From an uncultured Planctomycetaceae bacterium (GTDB lineage: Bacteria > Planctomycetota > Planctomycetia > Planctomycetales > Planctomycetaceae), in the NCBI GenBank assembly GCA_963815195.1, contig CAWFGE010000018.1:243023-307022 (forward strand): a stretch of DNA of 64,000 nt, written 5' to 3'. The position numbers were made by a program, and so were the translations under genes. The number at the start of each line of letters is the position of its first letter. Within the stretch, counting starts at the first letter, position 1. Positions 1 to 11,141 of the stretch are shown here, one piece after another. Under the pieces are notes generated by a model that saw only the letters and a list, made by a program, of their open reading frames with translations, was not told the origin of the DNA and ran no database searches.

Positions 1-686
1 CAGTCGGCACTTTTCACTTTGGTCTCCCGCCAATCGTATGCGAAGACGTTGTTGGACGCTGTCGAACGGAAACAGGTGCCCGCGCGGATCTCTCGACCTA
101 TCTCGTCCGGCAGATCGCGGCGTTCGAGAACAAGGACCTGGACGCCCAGCTTCGGAAGGTCTGGGGCGAATTTCGGCCCACGTCCGCGGACAAAGCCCAG
201 AAAGCGGCCGCCATCAAATCCAAGCTGACCGAAGAAGCCCTCACCAAAGCCGACGCGGCGCAGGGGCGGTTCGTGTTCGAGAAGACCTGTGCCGGCTGCC
301 ATCAGTTGTTCGATGCGGGCCGGCTCGTCGGTCCGAACCTCACCGGCTCTCAGCGGAACAATCTCGATTATGTTTTGGAGAACGTGCTCGATCCGAGCGC
401 GGTCGTGGGCCGGGATTATCGGCTGACGACGATCGCCACCGCGGACGGCCGGGTGTTGACGGGCATCGTCACCGAAGAAACCGCCGAGTCGCTGACGCTC
501 AAAACACCCAAGGAGGATGTGCTCCTCGCGGTCAGCGAAATCGAAGCCCGCAAGCAGTCCCGCCTGTCGATGATGCCCGAAGGCTTATTCGACAAACTCA
601 GCGACGAGGAGATCCGCAATCTGGTCGCGTACCTCGCTTCGCCGGTCCAAGTTCCGCTGCCAACCGGCGTGAGCGGGAGGGATTGA
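1..686 (+). CDS. C-terminal part of a PVC-type heme-binding CxxCH protein (membrane-bound dehydrogenase-like); 5' end outside window, apparent frameshift near nt 85
   Basis: CAGCH heme motif followed by VGPNLTG...YVLENVLDPSAVV and SMMPEGL, typical of the planctomycete heme-binding domain. The upstream coding sequence switches frame near 80-87 (…VERKQVP / DLSTYLVRQ…). Confidence 0.85.
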   Translation, partial: VGTFHFGLPPIVCEDVVGRCRTETGARADLSTYLVRQIAAFENKDLDAQLRKVWGEFRPTSADKAQKAAAIKSKLTEEALTKADAAQGRFVFEKTCAGCHQLFDAGRLVGPNLTGSQRNNLDYVLENVLDPSAVVGRDYRLTTIATADGRVLTGIVTEETAESLTLKTPKEDVLLAVSEIEARKQSRLSMMPEGLFDKLSDEEIRNLVAYLASPVQVPLPTGVSGRD

Positions 687-706
687 TAACCCCCGCAACC
701 TCAAGG

Positions 707-804
707 CCGGGGGCTAGCGCCCGGCCGCTCAGTTTTGCAATGTGAGCGGTACGGCGCTAGCCGCCGGCTTGTGTGCGGAACCGGGGGCTATCGCGCGGCG
801 CTCA
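707..804. repeat. Cluster of three REP-like palindromes (GGCGCTAGCC/GGCTAGCGC family)
   Basis: ccgggggctagcgcccggccgctca (707-731), an inverted copy at 743-767 and a variant at 781-804, between convergent genes. Confidence 0.75.
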
Positions 805-1590
805 GATCGTCATGCCCGTAAAGCCGCCGTCCACGACGATGTTGGCTCCGGTCAAAAAGCTGCCGGCCTTGGGGGACGCCATCAAGAGAATCGCCCCGGC
901 GAGTTCCGAGGGTTCGCCGAAGCGGTTCATGGGCGTGTGCCGCATGATGGATTCGATGCGGTCCGGCGTGAGGACTTTGCGGTTCTGCTCCGCGGGGAAA
1001 AAGCCGGGCGAGAGGGCGTTCACGCGAATCCCCTTGGTCGCCCATTCGCGGGCCAGGTTCTGCGTGAGGTTGATCACCGCCGCCTTGGTCGCGGCATAGG
1101 TGAAGACCCGCGAGAGCGCGGTAATTCCACTCAGCGAAGCAATGTTGATGATGGAGCCTTCCGTTTTTTTCTCGAGCATATACCCGCCCAGGATCTGGCA
1201 GGCCAAGCGCACGCTGCGGAGATTGATGTTCAAAATCCGCTCCCACTCGTCATCGCTGATTTCCAGAAACGGCGTCGCGGAGTTGATGCCCGCTCCGTTG
1301 ACCAGCACATGCAGCTCCCGCCCCGCCGATTTCAGATGATCGATCAAGCCGTTCAAATCGTCCCGGCTGGTGGCATCGGCCGCGAAGAACTCCGCGCTGC
1401 CCCCAGCGTGGGTGATCCGCTGGACCGCCACGTTTCCATGCTCGGCATTCCGCCCGACGACAACCACATGCGCCCCGGCAAAGCCCAAGGCTTCGGAAAA
1501 GGCTCCGCCCAACACGCCCGTCCCGCCGACGACCACCGCCGTCCGGCCGTCCAACCCAAACATCTCGGTCAAGTATTCCGCCGCGGACAT
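802..1590 (-). CDS. SDR family oxidoreductase (sugar-acid dehydrogenase-like)
   Basis: VGGTGVLG Rossmann motif, NGAG, YAATK catalytic YxxxK, IRVNALSPG. Confidence 0.9.
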   Translation of the reverse strand: MSAAEYLTEMFGLDGRTAVVVGGTGVLGGAFSEALGFAGAHVVVVGRNAEHGNVAVQRITHAGGSAEFFAADATSRDDLNGLIDHLKSAGRELHVLVNGAGINSATPFLEISDDEWERILNINLRSVRLACQILGGYMLEKKTEGSIINIASLSGITALSRVFTYAATKAAVINLTQNLAREWATKGIRVNALSPGFFPAEQNRKVLTPDRIESIMRHTPMNRFGEPSELAGAILLMASPKAGSFLTGANIVVDGGFTGMTI

Positions 1591-1632
1591 GGCTCTTCGT
1601 TCCCGGTTTGAAGAAATTGTCGTTTATAAAAT

Positions 1633-1805
1633 CTCAAACTGTAAGGTGGGGGTCAGGGTGGCTGGGGCGCAAAGGAATGCATCAAGCGAAAGACGCGTTC
1701 CGAAAACTGGGGCCGCGGGAGTTATTTCTCTCGCGTCCATCGCCCCAGGATTCATTTGCCTCACTTTATTGATAGAGGAATCTGTGCCCCAGCCACCCAA
1801 CCCGT
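1633..1805 (+). mobile_element. MITE/REPIN-like ~145-bp element, copy 1
   Basis: Terminal inverted repeats gggtggctggggc (1656) / gccccagccaccc (1798), inner ctggggc/gccccag stem. Near-identical to the reverse complement of the copies at 23101-23597. Confidence 0.8.
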
Positions 1806-1920
1806 TTGAAAAAATTGTCAATTACAAAATCATCAGCGCAGAATCATGGGAAGCCTCAGTGTCCCTCTCGATGAGGAACGCCAAACAGGATTCTGTTGCC
1901 AGTCATCAATCCTGCCGGAA

Positions 1921-2767
1921 TCAGCCGATGAACTCAATGCTGACGGGGTGCGGAATGATGCCTGCCTTGTGGCCGCGCTCGAGCAGCGTGGCGACGGCTT
2001 CGCGGCCGCGCTCGCCGAAGTCGAGCGTCCAATCGTTGACGTACATGCCCACAAATGTGTCAGCCTTGGAGCGGTCCAAATCCCGCCCATATTGGAGGGC
2101 ATAGTCCAAAGCTTCGTCGCGGTGATCCAAGCCGTACCTGATGCTCTCCTTCAAGAGCCGGGTCACATCTTCCATCGCTTCCGCGCCTAAATCTTTACGA
2201 ATGGCGTTCGCCCCCAAAGGCAAAGGCAATCCGGTTTCATCGTACCACCATTGCCCCATATCGACGATCAGCTTCAATCCCTGATCGCCAAACGTCAATT
2301 GTCCTTCGTGGATGATCAGCCCCGCATCGGCTTTGCCCGCTTCGACCAGGTTCAGAATCTCGTCAAACGGATGCACTTCAGGAGTGAAATCGTCGCCCAA
2401 CAGCAGCTTGAGCGTCAAAAAGGCCGTGGTGTAGGTTCCGGGAACGGCGATGGTTTTGCCGCGGAGATCGTCGATGCTCATCGGTTCGCGGGCCACGACC
2501 ATCGGGCCGTATTTCTCGCCCATGCTGGCCCCGCAGGCACACAGGGCGTAAGTCTCCGTGAGATACGCATAGCCATGCAAACTCACCGCGGTGAGTTCCA
2601 GTTCCCCCTTGAACGCCCGCCGATTGAGCGTCTCGATGTCCTGGAGCGTGTGCGTGAATTTCATAGTTCCCCGTGTCGATTTTGTTATTCGCGAGGGCGT
2701 GGAACATGAAGGCATCATCGGGGTCGGGGCTGTGTCCCACGTGGATTTGCGTTTTGGTCTCGAGCAT
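1921..2767 (-). CDS. mqnD: MqnD-like 1,4-dihydroxy-6-naphthoate synthase (futalosine menaquinone pathway); apparent frameshift near 2660
   Basis: GHSPDPDDAFMF N-terminal motif in one frame; DIETLN, GPMVVA, IIHEGQL, LPLPLG, MYVN in the next frame. Confidence 0.85.
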
Positions 2768-2987
2768 CGTCTGAAGTTCCATCAACAAAGAGAGAAAAGT
2801 CCCGCCAAGAAGGCCGGGCCATCACCTTAGCGGTGAATACGCCCGCCCGCAACCGTATCGTCGGGCAGCGGCCCATCTTGCCCGATTGGAGGCGGATTCA
2901 CTACGATAACCGAATCGGGCGATGCGCTGGGCACACACTTTAACCGATGGTCTGAGACATCCTTAACTCCCTGATCCTCTTCCCTCG

Positions 2988-4915
2988 ATGATTTTGCTGA
3001 CGGTTCGCGATCTTTCGCGGCAATTTGATGTGGACCCCGTGTTTCGCGATGTCACGTTCGACGTCCGCGCGGGGAAAAGATTGGATTGGTCGGCCCCAAT
3101 GGGACGGGGAAGACGACGCTGCTGCGAATTCTCGCCGGCCTGGATGAGCCGGACACCGGGCAGATCGAGATCCCCGCCGGGGCCGCGGTGTCGCTGCTCG
3201 AGCAGGATGCCCGCTTCGCCCCGGACCGCACGCTGATCGAAGAAGCCAAGGCCGGCCTCGCTCATTTGTATGCCCTTCAGCACCAGGCTCTGGAACTCGC
3301 CGAGCAGATGGCCAAGATGGCCGACGACGACAAGGAACTCGCCCGGCTCCACAAGCGCTACGACGATTTGCAACACGAACTGGAAAAGCACGATGCCTAC
3401 CACATCGATCACCGGGTCGATGAAGTGCTCACCGGGCTGGGTTTTTCCGCCGAGGAATACGACCGGCCCCTTCTCCAATTCAGCGGCGGCCAGCAGAACC
3501 GCGTGCTCCTGGCCCGGCTCTTATTGCGCGAGCCCGAAGTGATGCTCCTGGACGAACCCACGAATCACCTCGACATCGCCGCGACGGAATGGCTCGAATC
3601 CTGGTTGTCCAAGAGCGAGCAGGCGGTGATCCTCGTGAGCCACGACCGCTATTTTCTCGACCGGGTGACGACGCGGATTCTGGAGATGCATCAATCGCGG
3701 GTGACCGATTTCAAGGGCAATTTCTCCGCCTACTGGCAGCAGCGCGAGGAACGCGCGAAGGTCTTGGAGCGGACCTACGAGAAGCAGCAGGAGTTCATCG
3801 CCAAGACGGAAGATTTCATCCGCCGGAACAAATACGGCCAGAAGCACGCCCAGGCCGCCGACCGCGAAAAAAAGCTGGACCGGCTGGATCGCGTCGAGCA
3901 GCTTCAGGATTTCCAGCAGTTTTCGATGGGCTTTTCCGAACCCGACCGCACCGGCGATTGGGTGATCGATGCGGCGGGCGTCGCCAAGGGCTTTGGCGGG
4001 GAACCGTTGTTTCGCGATTTCACGTTGCGGATCGAGCGCGGCGACCGGGTGGGCATTCTGGGACCCAACGGCAGCGGGAAGACGACGCTGCTTCGCACTT
4101 TGATCGGCGAACTGCCGCCGGACGCCGGCAGCGTGCGGTTGGGCACGAACGTCAAAATCGCCTATTACGACCAGCAGTTGGGCAGCGTCGATCCGAGCCT
4201 CGACGCCGTGGAAGCGATCCGACCGCCGGGCAATCCCGACATCACGCCGGGCACGCTCCGCAGCATCTTGGCCCGGTTCGGGATTCGGGGCGACCAGGCG
4301 TTTCAAACCGTGGGCTCGATGAGCGGCGGCGAGCGGAGCAAAGTCGCCCTCGCCCGCATCGCGGCGATGGATGTCAACGTGTTGATCCTCGATGAACCGA
4401 CAAACCACCTCGATTTGTGGGCCCGGGCTTCCTTGGAGGAGACGCTAAAAACCTATGGCGGGACGCTGCTCTTCGTCAGCCACGACCGCTATTTTCTGGA
4501 CCGAGTGGCGACGAGCGTGATTGTCCTGGAAGGCGGGAACTGGAAGTTTCACGAGGGCAATTATTCCGATTATGTGCGTTTCAAAAAGAACCGCGCCGCG
4601 GAAATCACCGCCGCGGCTCCCCCGCCCCAACAGACAAAGCCCGCCGCTTCTAAACCCGAACCTTACAAATCCGACGGCGGAAAGAAAAAAGACGCGAAGC
4701 GAAAACGCAAGTTCCCCTACCGCAAGGTGGCCGACCTGGAAGCGGAGATCGCGGACTACGAAGACCTTATGGAACGCCTGCAAACGGACCTCGCGGATCC
4801 CGAAATCCTCCGCGACGGCGACCGCGTGAAAGAAACGATGGAAGCCTTCGAAGACGCCCAAGAGCACCTCGAGGAACTCTACGAGCATTGGGAAGAAGCC
4901 GTGGAGTTAAACTGA
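2988..4915 (+). CDS. ABC-F family ATP-binding protein; apparent frameshift near 3075
   Basis: Two ABC domains (GPNGTGKT, FSGGQQ, LLDEPTNHLD; GPNGSGKT, MSGGE), no TM segments, C-terminal coiled coil. The N-terminus lies in ORF 2988..3236. Confidence 0.92.
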
Positions 4916-5011
4916 AATCCCAATAACCAAGCCCCAATGCAGAGGCCGTTGAGCGGTCGTCGAAGTGTGTGCTTGATCGGCCCAATACCAACCGCAAAAA
5001 GGAATGGTTTC

Positions 5012-5797
5012 ATGCCGCGAGATTTGTTTTCGGTGAAAGACCGCGTGACGTTGGTGTCCGGCGGCAGCCGGGGGATCGGACAGGCGATTGCCCAAGGCTT
5101 TGCAGACCGCGGGGCTAAGGTGATCATCACCGGCCGCGAAGCCGAGACGCTCAAGCAAGCGGTGACCGCGATGTCTTCGCCGGAAAACAAGGTTCTATTT
5201 GAAGTCGGCGATGTGTCCGACGTGGACGCCATTCGCCGCGTGGTTGCGAAGGTTCATAAGGACCACGGCCGGATCGACACGCTGATCAACGTTGCCGGCG
5301 TCAACCGCCGCAAGCGCATGGAAGAAGTCACCGTCGAGGATTACGATTTCATTTTGGACATCAACCTCAAAGGGGCGTTTGTGATGTCTCAGGAAGTCGG
5401 CCGATTGATGATCGAACAAAACGCCGGGAACCAGATCAACATCGCCTCCTTGAACAACTACGCCCCGCTCACCGGCGTGTCGCCTTATGCCATCAGCAAA
5501 GGCGGCCTGTTGATGATGACCCGCTCGCTAGCCTTGGAATGGGGCAAGCACGGCGTCCGCGTGAACGGGCTCGCGCCGGGGTTCATCCTCACCGACCTGA
5601 CCCAGAAACTCTGGTCCGATCCCACGATGCAGGACTGGGCCAAGACCAACACCCCTTTGGGCCGATTGGGAGAAGTCGAGGATCTCGTGGGCACTGCGGT
5701 GTTCCTGGCGTCCGACGCCTCCGCCTTTATGACCGGCCAGACCCTGTTCGTGGACGGCGGCATGTCGGCCGGCTTCAACTGGCCGATCCCTTTGTGA
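5012..5797 (+). CDS. SDR family oxidoreductase (gluconate 5-dehydrogenase/KduD-like)
   Basis: SGGSRGIG, YAISK, TPLGRLG...DLVG motifs. Confidence 0.9.
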   Translation: MPRDLFSVKDRVTLVSGGSRGIGQAIAQGFADRGAKVIITGREAETLKQAVTAMSSPENKVLFEVGDVSDVDAIRRVVAKVHKDHGRIDTLINVAGVNRRKRMEEVTVEDYDFILDINLKGAFVMSQEVGRLMIEQNAGNQINIASLNNYAPLTGVSPYAISKGGLLMMTRSLALEWGKHGVRVNGLAPGFILTDLTQKLWSDPTMQDWAKTNTPLGRLGEVEDLVGTAVFLASDASAFMTGQTLFVDGGMSAGFNWPIPL

Positions 5798-5849
5798 CTC
5801 GCTTCTTTTTCCGCGAAGCTCACCTGTGCAATAAGCGCTGGTTTTGCGT

Positions 5850-6749
5850 TCAAGGCGAGGATCGATCATCCATCAAATACGCGATGAGCCGGTTGGCTTC
5901 TTGGAAGTCGGGGACGACGATGTTGGCCCCGGCACCGATCAGGCGGGCGCGTTTCCAGGCGTCGGGGCGGCCGCTCTTATGGGCTTCGTCGCTGGCGACG
6001 GCGACCGCGGTGCCGCCGGCGTCGCGGATGTTTTGAATCTCCACATAGCCGTCGCCAAAGCCTGCCAACTGCGACCCCTCCACCTGGTTTTCCGCCAAAA
6101 TCCGCTCGATGACCTGGGCCTTGGAAAACGACCGGAAATCATCGAGCGCCCCGTAGATCCGGGGGCCGAAATACCGGTCCAGGCCGAGCAGACGGGCTTC
6201 CTCTTTGACGTAGTTTTCATCGGTGCCGCTGGCGAGATACAAGGTCAACCCGCGGGACCGGAGCGCGTCGAGAAACTCGAAGCTGCCGGGGACGAGCAGG
6301 TCTTCGGGCGAGAGGCTCCCGCGTCGCAGGGCTTCGCGGCGGCTTTCGATCCGCTGCATCAGGCGGGCGTGGTATTCCTGCTTGTAGGCCAGCGGATCGA
6401 GCGGCGTTCCGCCCCGCGTGCCGATTTCCTCGGCCAGGCGGATCATCTGGTAGATCGTCTGCTTGCCGTTGAGTTCCATCACGAATCGCGAAACGATGTG
6501 GCCGAGCTCTTCGGGGGATTCCGCAGTGCCGGTGTCCGCGAGACACTCGACCATCATGGGAATCATCACCTCGGGCCAGCCTTCGCGGATCAGGCTCAGG
6601 GTCCCGTCAAAATCGAACAGGGCGTGCCGGGGCGAAGCGGCGGGGGCGAAACCGCCGATCAGTTCGATTCGGCTGTTGGGAAGAAACCGCGTGGCCACGG
6701 TTTGGACATCCACGACTTCGCGAAAGTTGTCTTCGTGCGGCTGGGGCAT
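5850..6749 (-). CDS. HAD family hydrolase
   Basis: FDFDGT motif I, LASGT motif II, FGDG motif IV. Confidence 0.85.
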   Translation of the reverse strand: MPQPHEDNFREVVDVQTVATRFLPNSRIELIGGFAPAASPRHALFDFDGTLSLIREGWPEVMIPMMVECLADTGTAESPEELGHIVSRFVMELNGKQTIYQMIRLAEEIGTRGGTPLDPLAYKQEYHARLMQRIESRREALRRGSLSPEDLLVPGSFEFLDALRSRGLTLYLASGTDENYVKEEARLLGLDRYFGPRIYGALDDFRSFSKAQVIERILAENQVEGSQLAGFGDGYVEIQNIRDAGGTAVAVASDEAHKSGRPDAWKRARLIGAGANIVVPDFQEANRLIAYLMDDRSSP

Positions 6750-6977
6750 GCCTGGGGGATCTTTTCTTTCGGAGGCAAAGCTTCGGTTCTTGGCGGTGCG
6801 TCTGGTTTTCGTCCGCCCAGGAACATCGTCCTCGTTCCCGCGCGGTTTGTCAAAGATGACCCTGGGGAACGGGTGAAAGCCGATTGTTCCTGCGTTGCCC
6901 GGCGGGGTGGGGTTTTCTAAACTCGCGCGGGTGCCACGCCCTGAAAGGTCGTCTGGCGGACAATAGGTTACCGCCGG

Positions 6978-9900
6978 TTATTTCCAGTTCACCGGGATGG
7001 GTTCGGTCTTGGACGTGGGCCAAAGCCGGACGGTCTGTCCCTGTTCATCATAGGCGGCACTGGCCAGCAAGCGGCCGTCGGGTGAGAAGGCCAGCGACCA
7101 GACCAAAGCGACTTTGTTTTTGCTGCCTGGCGTATGGCCGGCGTATTCCAAAATCTTTCGGCGCGACGCCAGATCCCACAGGCTCACACGTCCCGTGGAC
7201 TTCCCGAGGGCGATGCGAGTTCCATCCGGACTGAGGGTCATCGAAAGCACGGTTTCAGGTGTACCCAGCCGCAACACAAACTCCTTTCGTTCCTTCACAT
7301 CGAAGAACAGGACCTGGCCGGCTTCATTTGTCGCAGCCAAAACCTGGCGGCCGTCGGGGGTGAATTGGACGGCATTGATTCGCCCCTGGTGTCTGCCGAG
7401 GACAGCGACCTGGCTTCCGCTGGCCGTCTCCCACAAAACCACTTCGCCTTCGTTCGATTGCACCCAGTCCCCCGAACTGGTGACGAATTGCGTCCCGTCC
7501 GGCGAAAAGGCGACCGCCTGCAATTGGTCGCTTTGCTCCGGGGTTTCTGATTTGACGGCACCGCTTTCGATGTTCCAGAGGCGGGCCTTCTTGTCATCGC
7601 CGACGGCGGCCAGGAGTTTTCCGTCGGGAGAAAAGGCTAAGGCTCTCACATAGTCGTCCGTGGGGATTTCCTTAAACAACCTTCCGGAGGGGATTTCGCA
7701 GATTCGGATGGATTTTTTGGGTTGGCTGGCCGCGAGATATTTGCCGTCCGGGGACAACGCGCCGGCGCGAATGTGTCCATTTTGCGCCTGAAACTCGCGC
7801 ACCCGATCTCCGGTTTCGACACTCCAGACGCGACACAACCCCGAGAACTTGTCGGTCGCCACCAGGAATTGCCCGTCGGACGTGAATCCCGCAAAGGACG
7901 CGGAGGCCCCGGGTCCCCCCGTCATGCGATGGGCGATTTCTTTGAGCGGCGCGGCGACGGGAGCCCATTGCTTTGTCGTCTTATCGTAGCTGACGCTGAC
8001 CAGCGAGTTGGAATTCGGAACGAAGGCCAAACCGCTGACGATGTCGGAATGCCGGCGCAGGATCTGCCGCCGCGTTCCGCTTTCGCTGTCCCAAATGAAG
8101 ATTTCTCCTTGCATCCCGCCGGTGGCCAACGTCTGGCCCGTTGGGGAAAACGCCAGAGACCAGATCATCTTTTCGTGCCCCCCCAGCACAGAGCGCACGT
8201 TGCCGGTCTCGAGATCCCACAGGCGAACGGTGGCATCTTCGCTGGCGGTGGCGAGCCGGTTGGCTTTCGGTTGAAACGCGACCGCCCGGATTGCGCTCGT
8301 ATGTCCCTTGAGCGTGAATTTTTCTTCGCCCGTTTTTGCATCCCAGATCTTCGCCGTGTGGTCGCTGCTGCCGGTGGCCAGCAGCGTTCCATCGCCGGAA
8401 AAAGCCACGGCCCGCACCGACGCGGTATGCCCCTTCAGTTCGCGTAATAGATTCCCTTTGGCCACGTTCCAGAGGCGGACGGTTTTGTCGTATCCGGCGG
8501 AGGCCAACGTCTTGCCGTCGGGAGAGAAGGCCACCGACATCACCCAATTGCTATGGCCTTTGAACGTGTGCGTTTCCTTCCCGGTCGCCACGTCCCAGGT
8601 CTTCACGTCATGATCGTAGCTGCCGGTCGCCAGCGTCGTCCCGTCCGCGGAAAACGCAACCGACGACACGAGGTCGTTATGCCCGGAGATCTGACGCACA
8701 ACGCTCGTTGTGGCGAGATCCCGAATCAAAACCGTGCGGTCTCCCTGGGCGGTGGCAATCAGCCGGCCATTCGGAGACGATGCGACGGCGGTCACAATGT
8801 TCGGTTCCTGATCCGGGCCAAGGCCCATCTCCAGGCGGTCGCGCACTTTCCAGTTCGAGGCGTCCCAGAGGCGGATGATCGCATCCTGACCGCCGGTGGC
8901 CAACGTTTTTCCGTCCGGGGAAAAGCGAACGCTCATCACGTCGCCCTGCGCTTCTTCCAAGAGGGCCACTCGTTGGCCGGTCTCGACGTTCCAAACCGTC
9001 GCCTTGTCGTCGTAGCTCCCCGTGGCGAGCAACTTGCCGTCCGGTGAATAATCCACCCACTCCAAGGGCCAATTGCTGCGGGTCAGCACTTTGATCGACT
9101 TTCCGGTCTCGGCGTTCCACAACCGGGTTGCCCCATCGTGGCCTGCTGTGGCCACTTGTTTTCCATCTCGGGAGACGGCGATGCCTAACACGGCGTCCGG
9201 CATGCCTTCCATCTTGGCCACTCGCTCGCCGGTGGCGATATTCCAGACGCCCGCAAACCCGAATTTTTTGTCCTCCCAGGGACCGCCGCCGGCGGCCACG
9301 TGCTTGCCGTCGGGAAAGAAGGCCACGGATTGCAGATTAAAATCCAACTTGGCCAATTCTTTGGCTGGCGCAAGCATGGGCTGCTTGCCTTCAATGATCT
9401 GTCCGAGATCCCAAAGTTGCAGCAGGCCGTCCATCGAGGCCGTGGCCAGCAGGTTCCCGTCGGGAGAGAACCGCACCCGCGTGTGCCCGTTCTCGGTGGG
9501 AATCTGGGTGAGGACGTTTCCCGTCTCCACATCGTAAACGCGAATCATCTGATCGCGCAACCCGCAACCGGCGATCCGCTTGCCATCGGGGGAAATATGA
9601 ACGCCGCAGAGGCCGTTCTTTTGGGGAATGATCGCGATGGGCCGCTTCCGCGAAACGTCCCAGACATTGAGGCTGCCGGGGGAGTTTGCGTTTCCGTAAG
9701 AGGCGACCAACCGCTTGCCATCGGCGGAGTAAGCCAAGGCGCGAATTTTTTCGCGTTGGCCGTCGAGGGAAATCGGCTCGGCTTCGAATTTGCCGGATTC
9801 GACCGTCTCCGGAAATCGGAGGTTCTTGTTGTCCCTCGGCTTGGGGCTGGGCTGCGTCTTCTTGGCGGCCCGCTGCGAATTGGAATCGGGCGAATCGCCC

Positions 9901-11084
9901 GTCGCGAAGGTCGGGGCCAGGCAAAGACAGGGAACCGCCGCGGCAGCCAACGCGAGCAGCCCCCAGCGGCCGAGCTCCTGGCGGGGCGTTTCCACCATGA
10001 TCGCCGTCAACCGCTTCGTGGCCGATTGCAAGTTGCCGATGCCGCTGGACGCCGGGGGCAAAGCCGGCCGGCGATCGGCCAGAAAATCCAACACCGCGAT
10101 CAAAGCCCGCGCATAAATCGGGCGGAACTCCGGCGAATGGGAGATCACCCAACCATCGCAGCAATCCTCCTCGGCCGTCCGCATCTCCCGGCGAATCCAC
10201 CACAGGCAGGGATGCCACCAATAGGCGATCGTCACCAGCATTTCCAGCACGCGCGTCCAATGATCCCAGCGGCGATAGTGGGCCAACTCGTGCAGCAACA
10301 ACGTCTCCCGGGAAGGAGCGTCCAGTTGCTCCGCGAGTTTCGCGGGAAAGAGAATCGTCGGCCGCGGGAACCCCCACAGCATCGGCGAAATCACGCCGGG
10401 GAGCATCCGCACCGGCGGTGCTTTCCGCAAATGAAGGTGAGCCGCCAGTCGAGCGGCTTCGCGTTCCAACTCCGGCGAGGCGGGCAAGGCGTGCCGCAGA
10501 AGCCGCTTAAACCGACGGACCCGCGCCGCAATGATCGTCAAAATGACGCAAGACCCAAGCCACCACACGCAGAACAAAACTCTGGGAAGGATCCACGCAA
10601 ATTGTGACGGACCCTGAGCGGCGCCCGAAGCGGACGCCGTGCGTCTTTCCGAAAGGGTACTTGGAGCTCGCTGTTTCGTCTGCACAGAAGCAAGGAGTGC
10701 AGCGGACGACGCCGCTTCTCCGCCGAGCGCGGCCGCAGCGGGGGCAGGCTCTTCATGCACTTCACCCAGCCCGGAGGGAACGACCGCGGGGAAATCGGTT
10801 CGCAATTCCGGCGTGTTGGCCGCCTCGGTCTTGAGCGATACGCTGGAAGATGCCGGCACCGTTGCCGCGGGTGGGGAAACCCGTTCGGGGGACGTTTCGC
10901 TCATCCAGCCTTTAGGCAAGGGAAGGTCGATCAGCGGCGGCGTGAGCAGCTTCACCAAGAGCAGCACCCAGAGGCCGTGGATGAGTGCGGGCCGACGATA
11001 GAGTCGGCTGAAGCAGCACACCAACAAGGCCAGAACGGCTACGGTCGCCGCATTGCTTGCGCCGATTTCAAGGAGCCGATGCAT
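6978..11084 (-). CDS. BlaR1/M56 family peptidase fused to about 20 WD40 repeats
   Basis: N-terminal TM segments, HELAH zinc motif with downstream EEDCCD, and many GH...VAFSPDG...LWD repeats. Confidence 0.92.
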   Translation of the reverse strand: MHRLLEIGASNAATVAVLALLVCCFSRLYRRPALIHGLWVLLLVKLLTPPLIDLPLPKGWMSETSPERVSPPAATVPASSSVSLKTEAANTPELRTDFPAVVPSGLGEVHEEPAPAAAALGGEAASSAALLASVQTKQRAPSTLSERRTASASGAAQGPSQFAWILPRVLFCVWWLGSCVILTIIAARVRRFKRLLRHALPASPELEREAARLAAHLHLRKAPPVRMLPGVISPMLWGFPRPTILFPAKLAEQLDAPSRETLLLHELAHYRRWDHWTRVLEMLVTIAYWWHPCLWWIRREMRTAEEDCCDGWVISHSPEFRPIYARALIAVLDFLADRRPALPPASSGIGNLQSATKRLTAIMVETPRQELGRWGLLALAAAAVPCLCLAPTFATGDSPDSNSQRAAKKTQPSPKPRDNKNLRFPETVESGKFEAEPISLDGQREKIRALAYSADGKRLVASYGNANSPGSLNVWDVSRKRPIAIIPQKNGLCGVHISPDGKRIAGCGLRDQMIRVYDVETGNVLTQIPTENGHTRVRFSPDGNLLATASMDGLLQLWDLGQIIEGKQPMLAPAKELAKLDFNLQSVAFFPDGKHVAAGGGPWEDKKFGFAGVWNIATGERVAKMEGMPDAVLGIAVSRDGKQVATAGHDGATRLWNAETGKSIKVLTRSNWPLEWVDYSPDGKLLATGSYDDKATVWNVETGQRVALLEEAQGDVMSVRFSPDGKTLATGGQDAIIRLWDASNWKVRDRLEMGLGPDQEPNIVTAVASSPNGRLIATAQGDRTVLIRDLATTSVVRQISGHNDLVSSVAFSADGTTLATGSYDHDVKTWDVATGKETHTFKGHSNWVMSVAFSPDGKTLASAGYDKTVRLWNVAKGNLLRELKGHTASVRAVAFSGDGTLLATGSSDHTAKIWDAKTGEEKFTLKGHTSAIRAVAFQPKANRLATASEDATVRLWDLETGNVRSVLGGHEKMIWSLAFSPTGQTLATGGMQGEIFIWDSESGTRRQILRRHSDIVSGLAFVPNSNSLVSVSYDKTTKQWAPVAAPLKEIAHRMTGGPGASASFAGFTSDGQFLVATDKFSGLCRVWSVETGDRVREFQAQNGHIRAGALSPDGKYLAASQPKKSIRICEIPSGRLFKEIPTDDYVRALAFSPDGKLLAAVGDDKKARLWNIESGAVKSETPEQSDQLQAVAFSPDGTQFVTSSGDWVQSNEGEVVLWETASGSQVAVLGRHQGRINAVQFTPDGRQVLAATNEAGQVLFFDVKERKEFVLRLGTPETVLSMTLSPDGTRIALGKSTGRVSLWDLASRRKILEYAGHTPGSKNKVALVWSLAFSPDGRLLASAAYDEQGQTVRLWPTSKTEPIPVNWK

Positions 11085-11141
11085 CGATTCGCCTTTCGTG
11101 GTCGGTGATTCGTTGTGATGGAACGCTAAAGGTTCTCCAAT

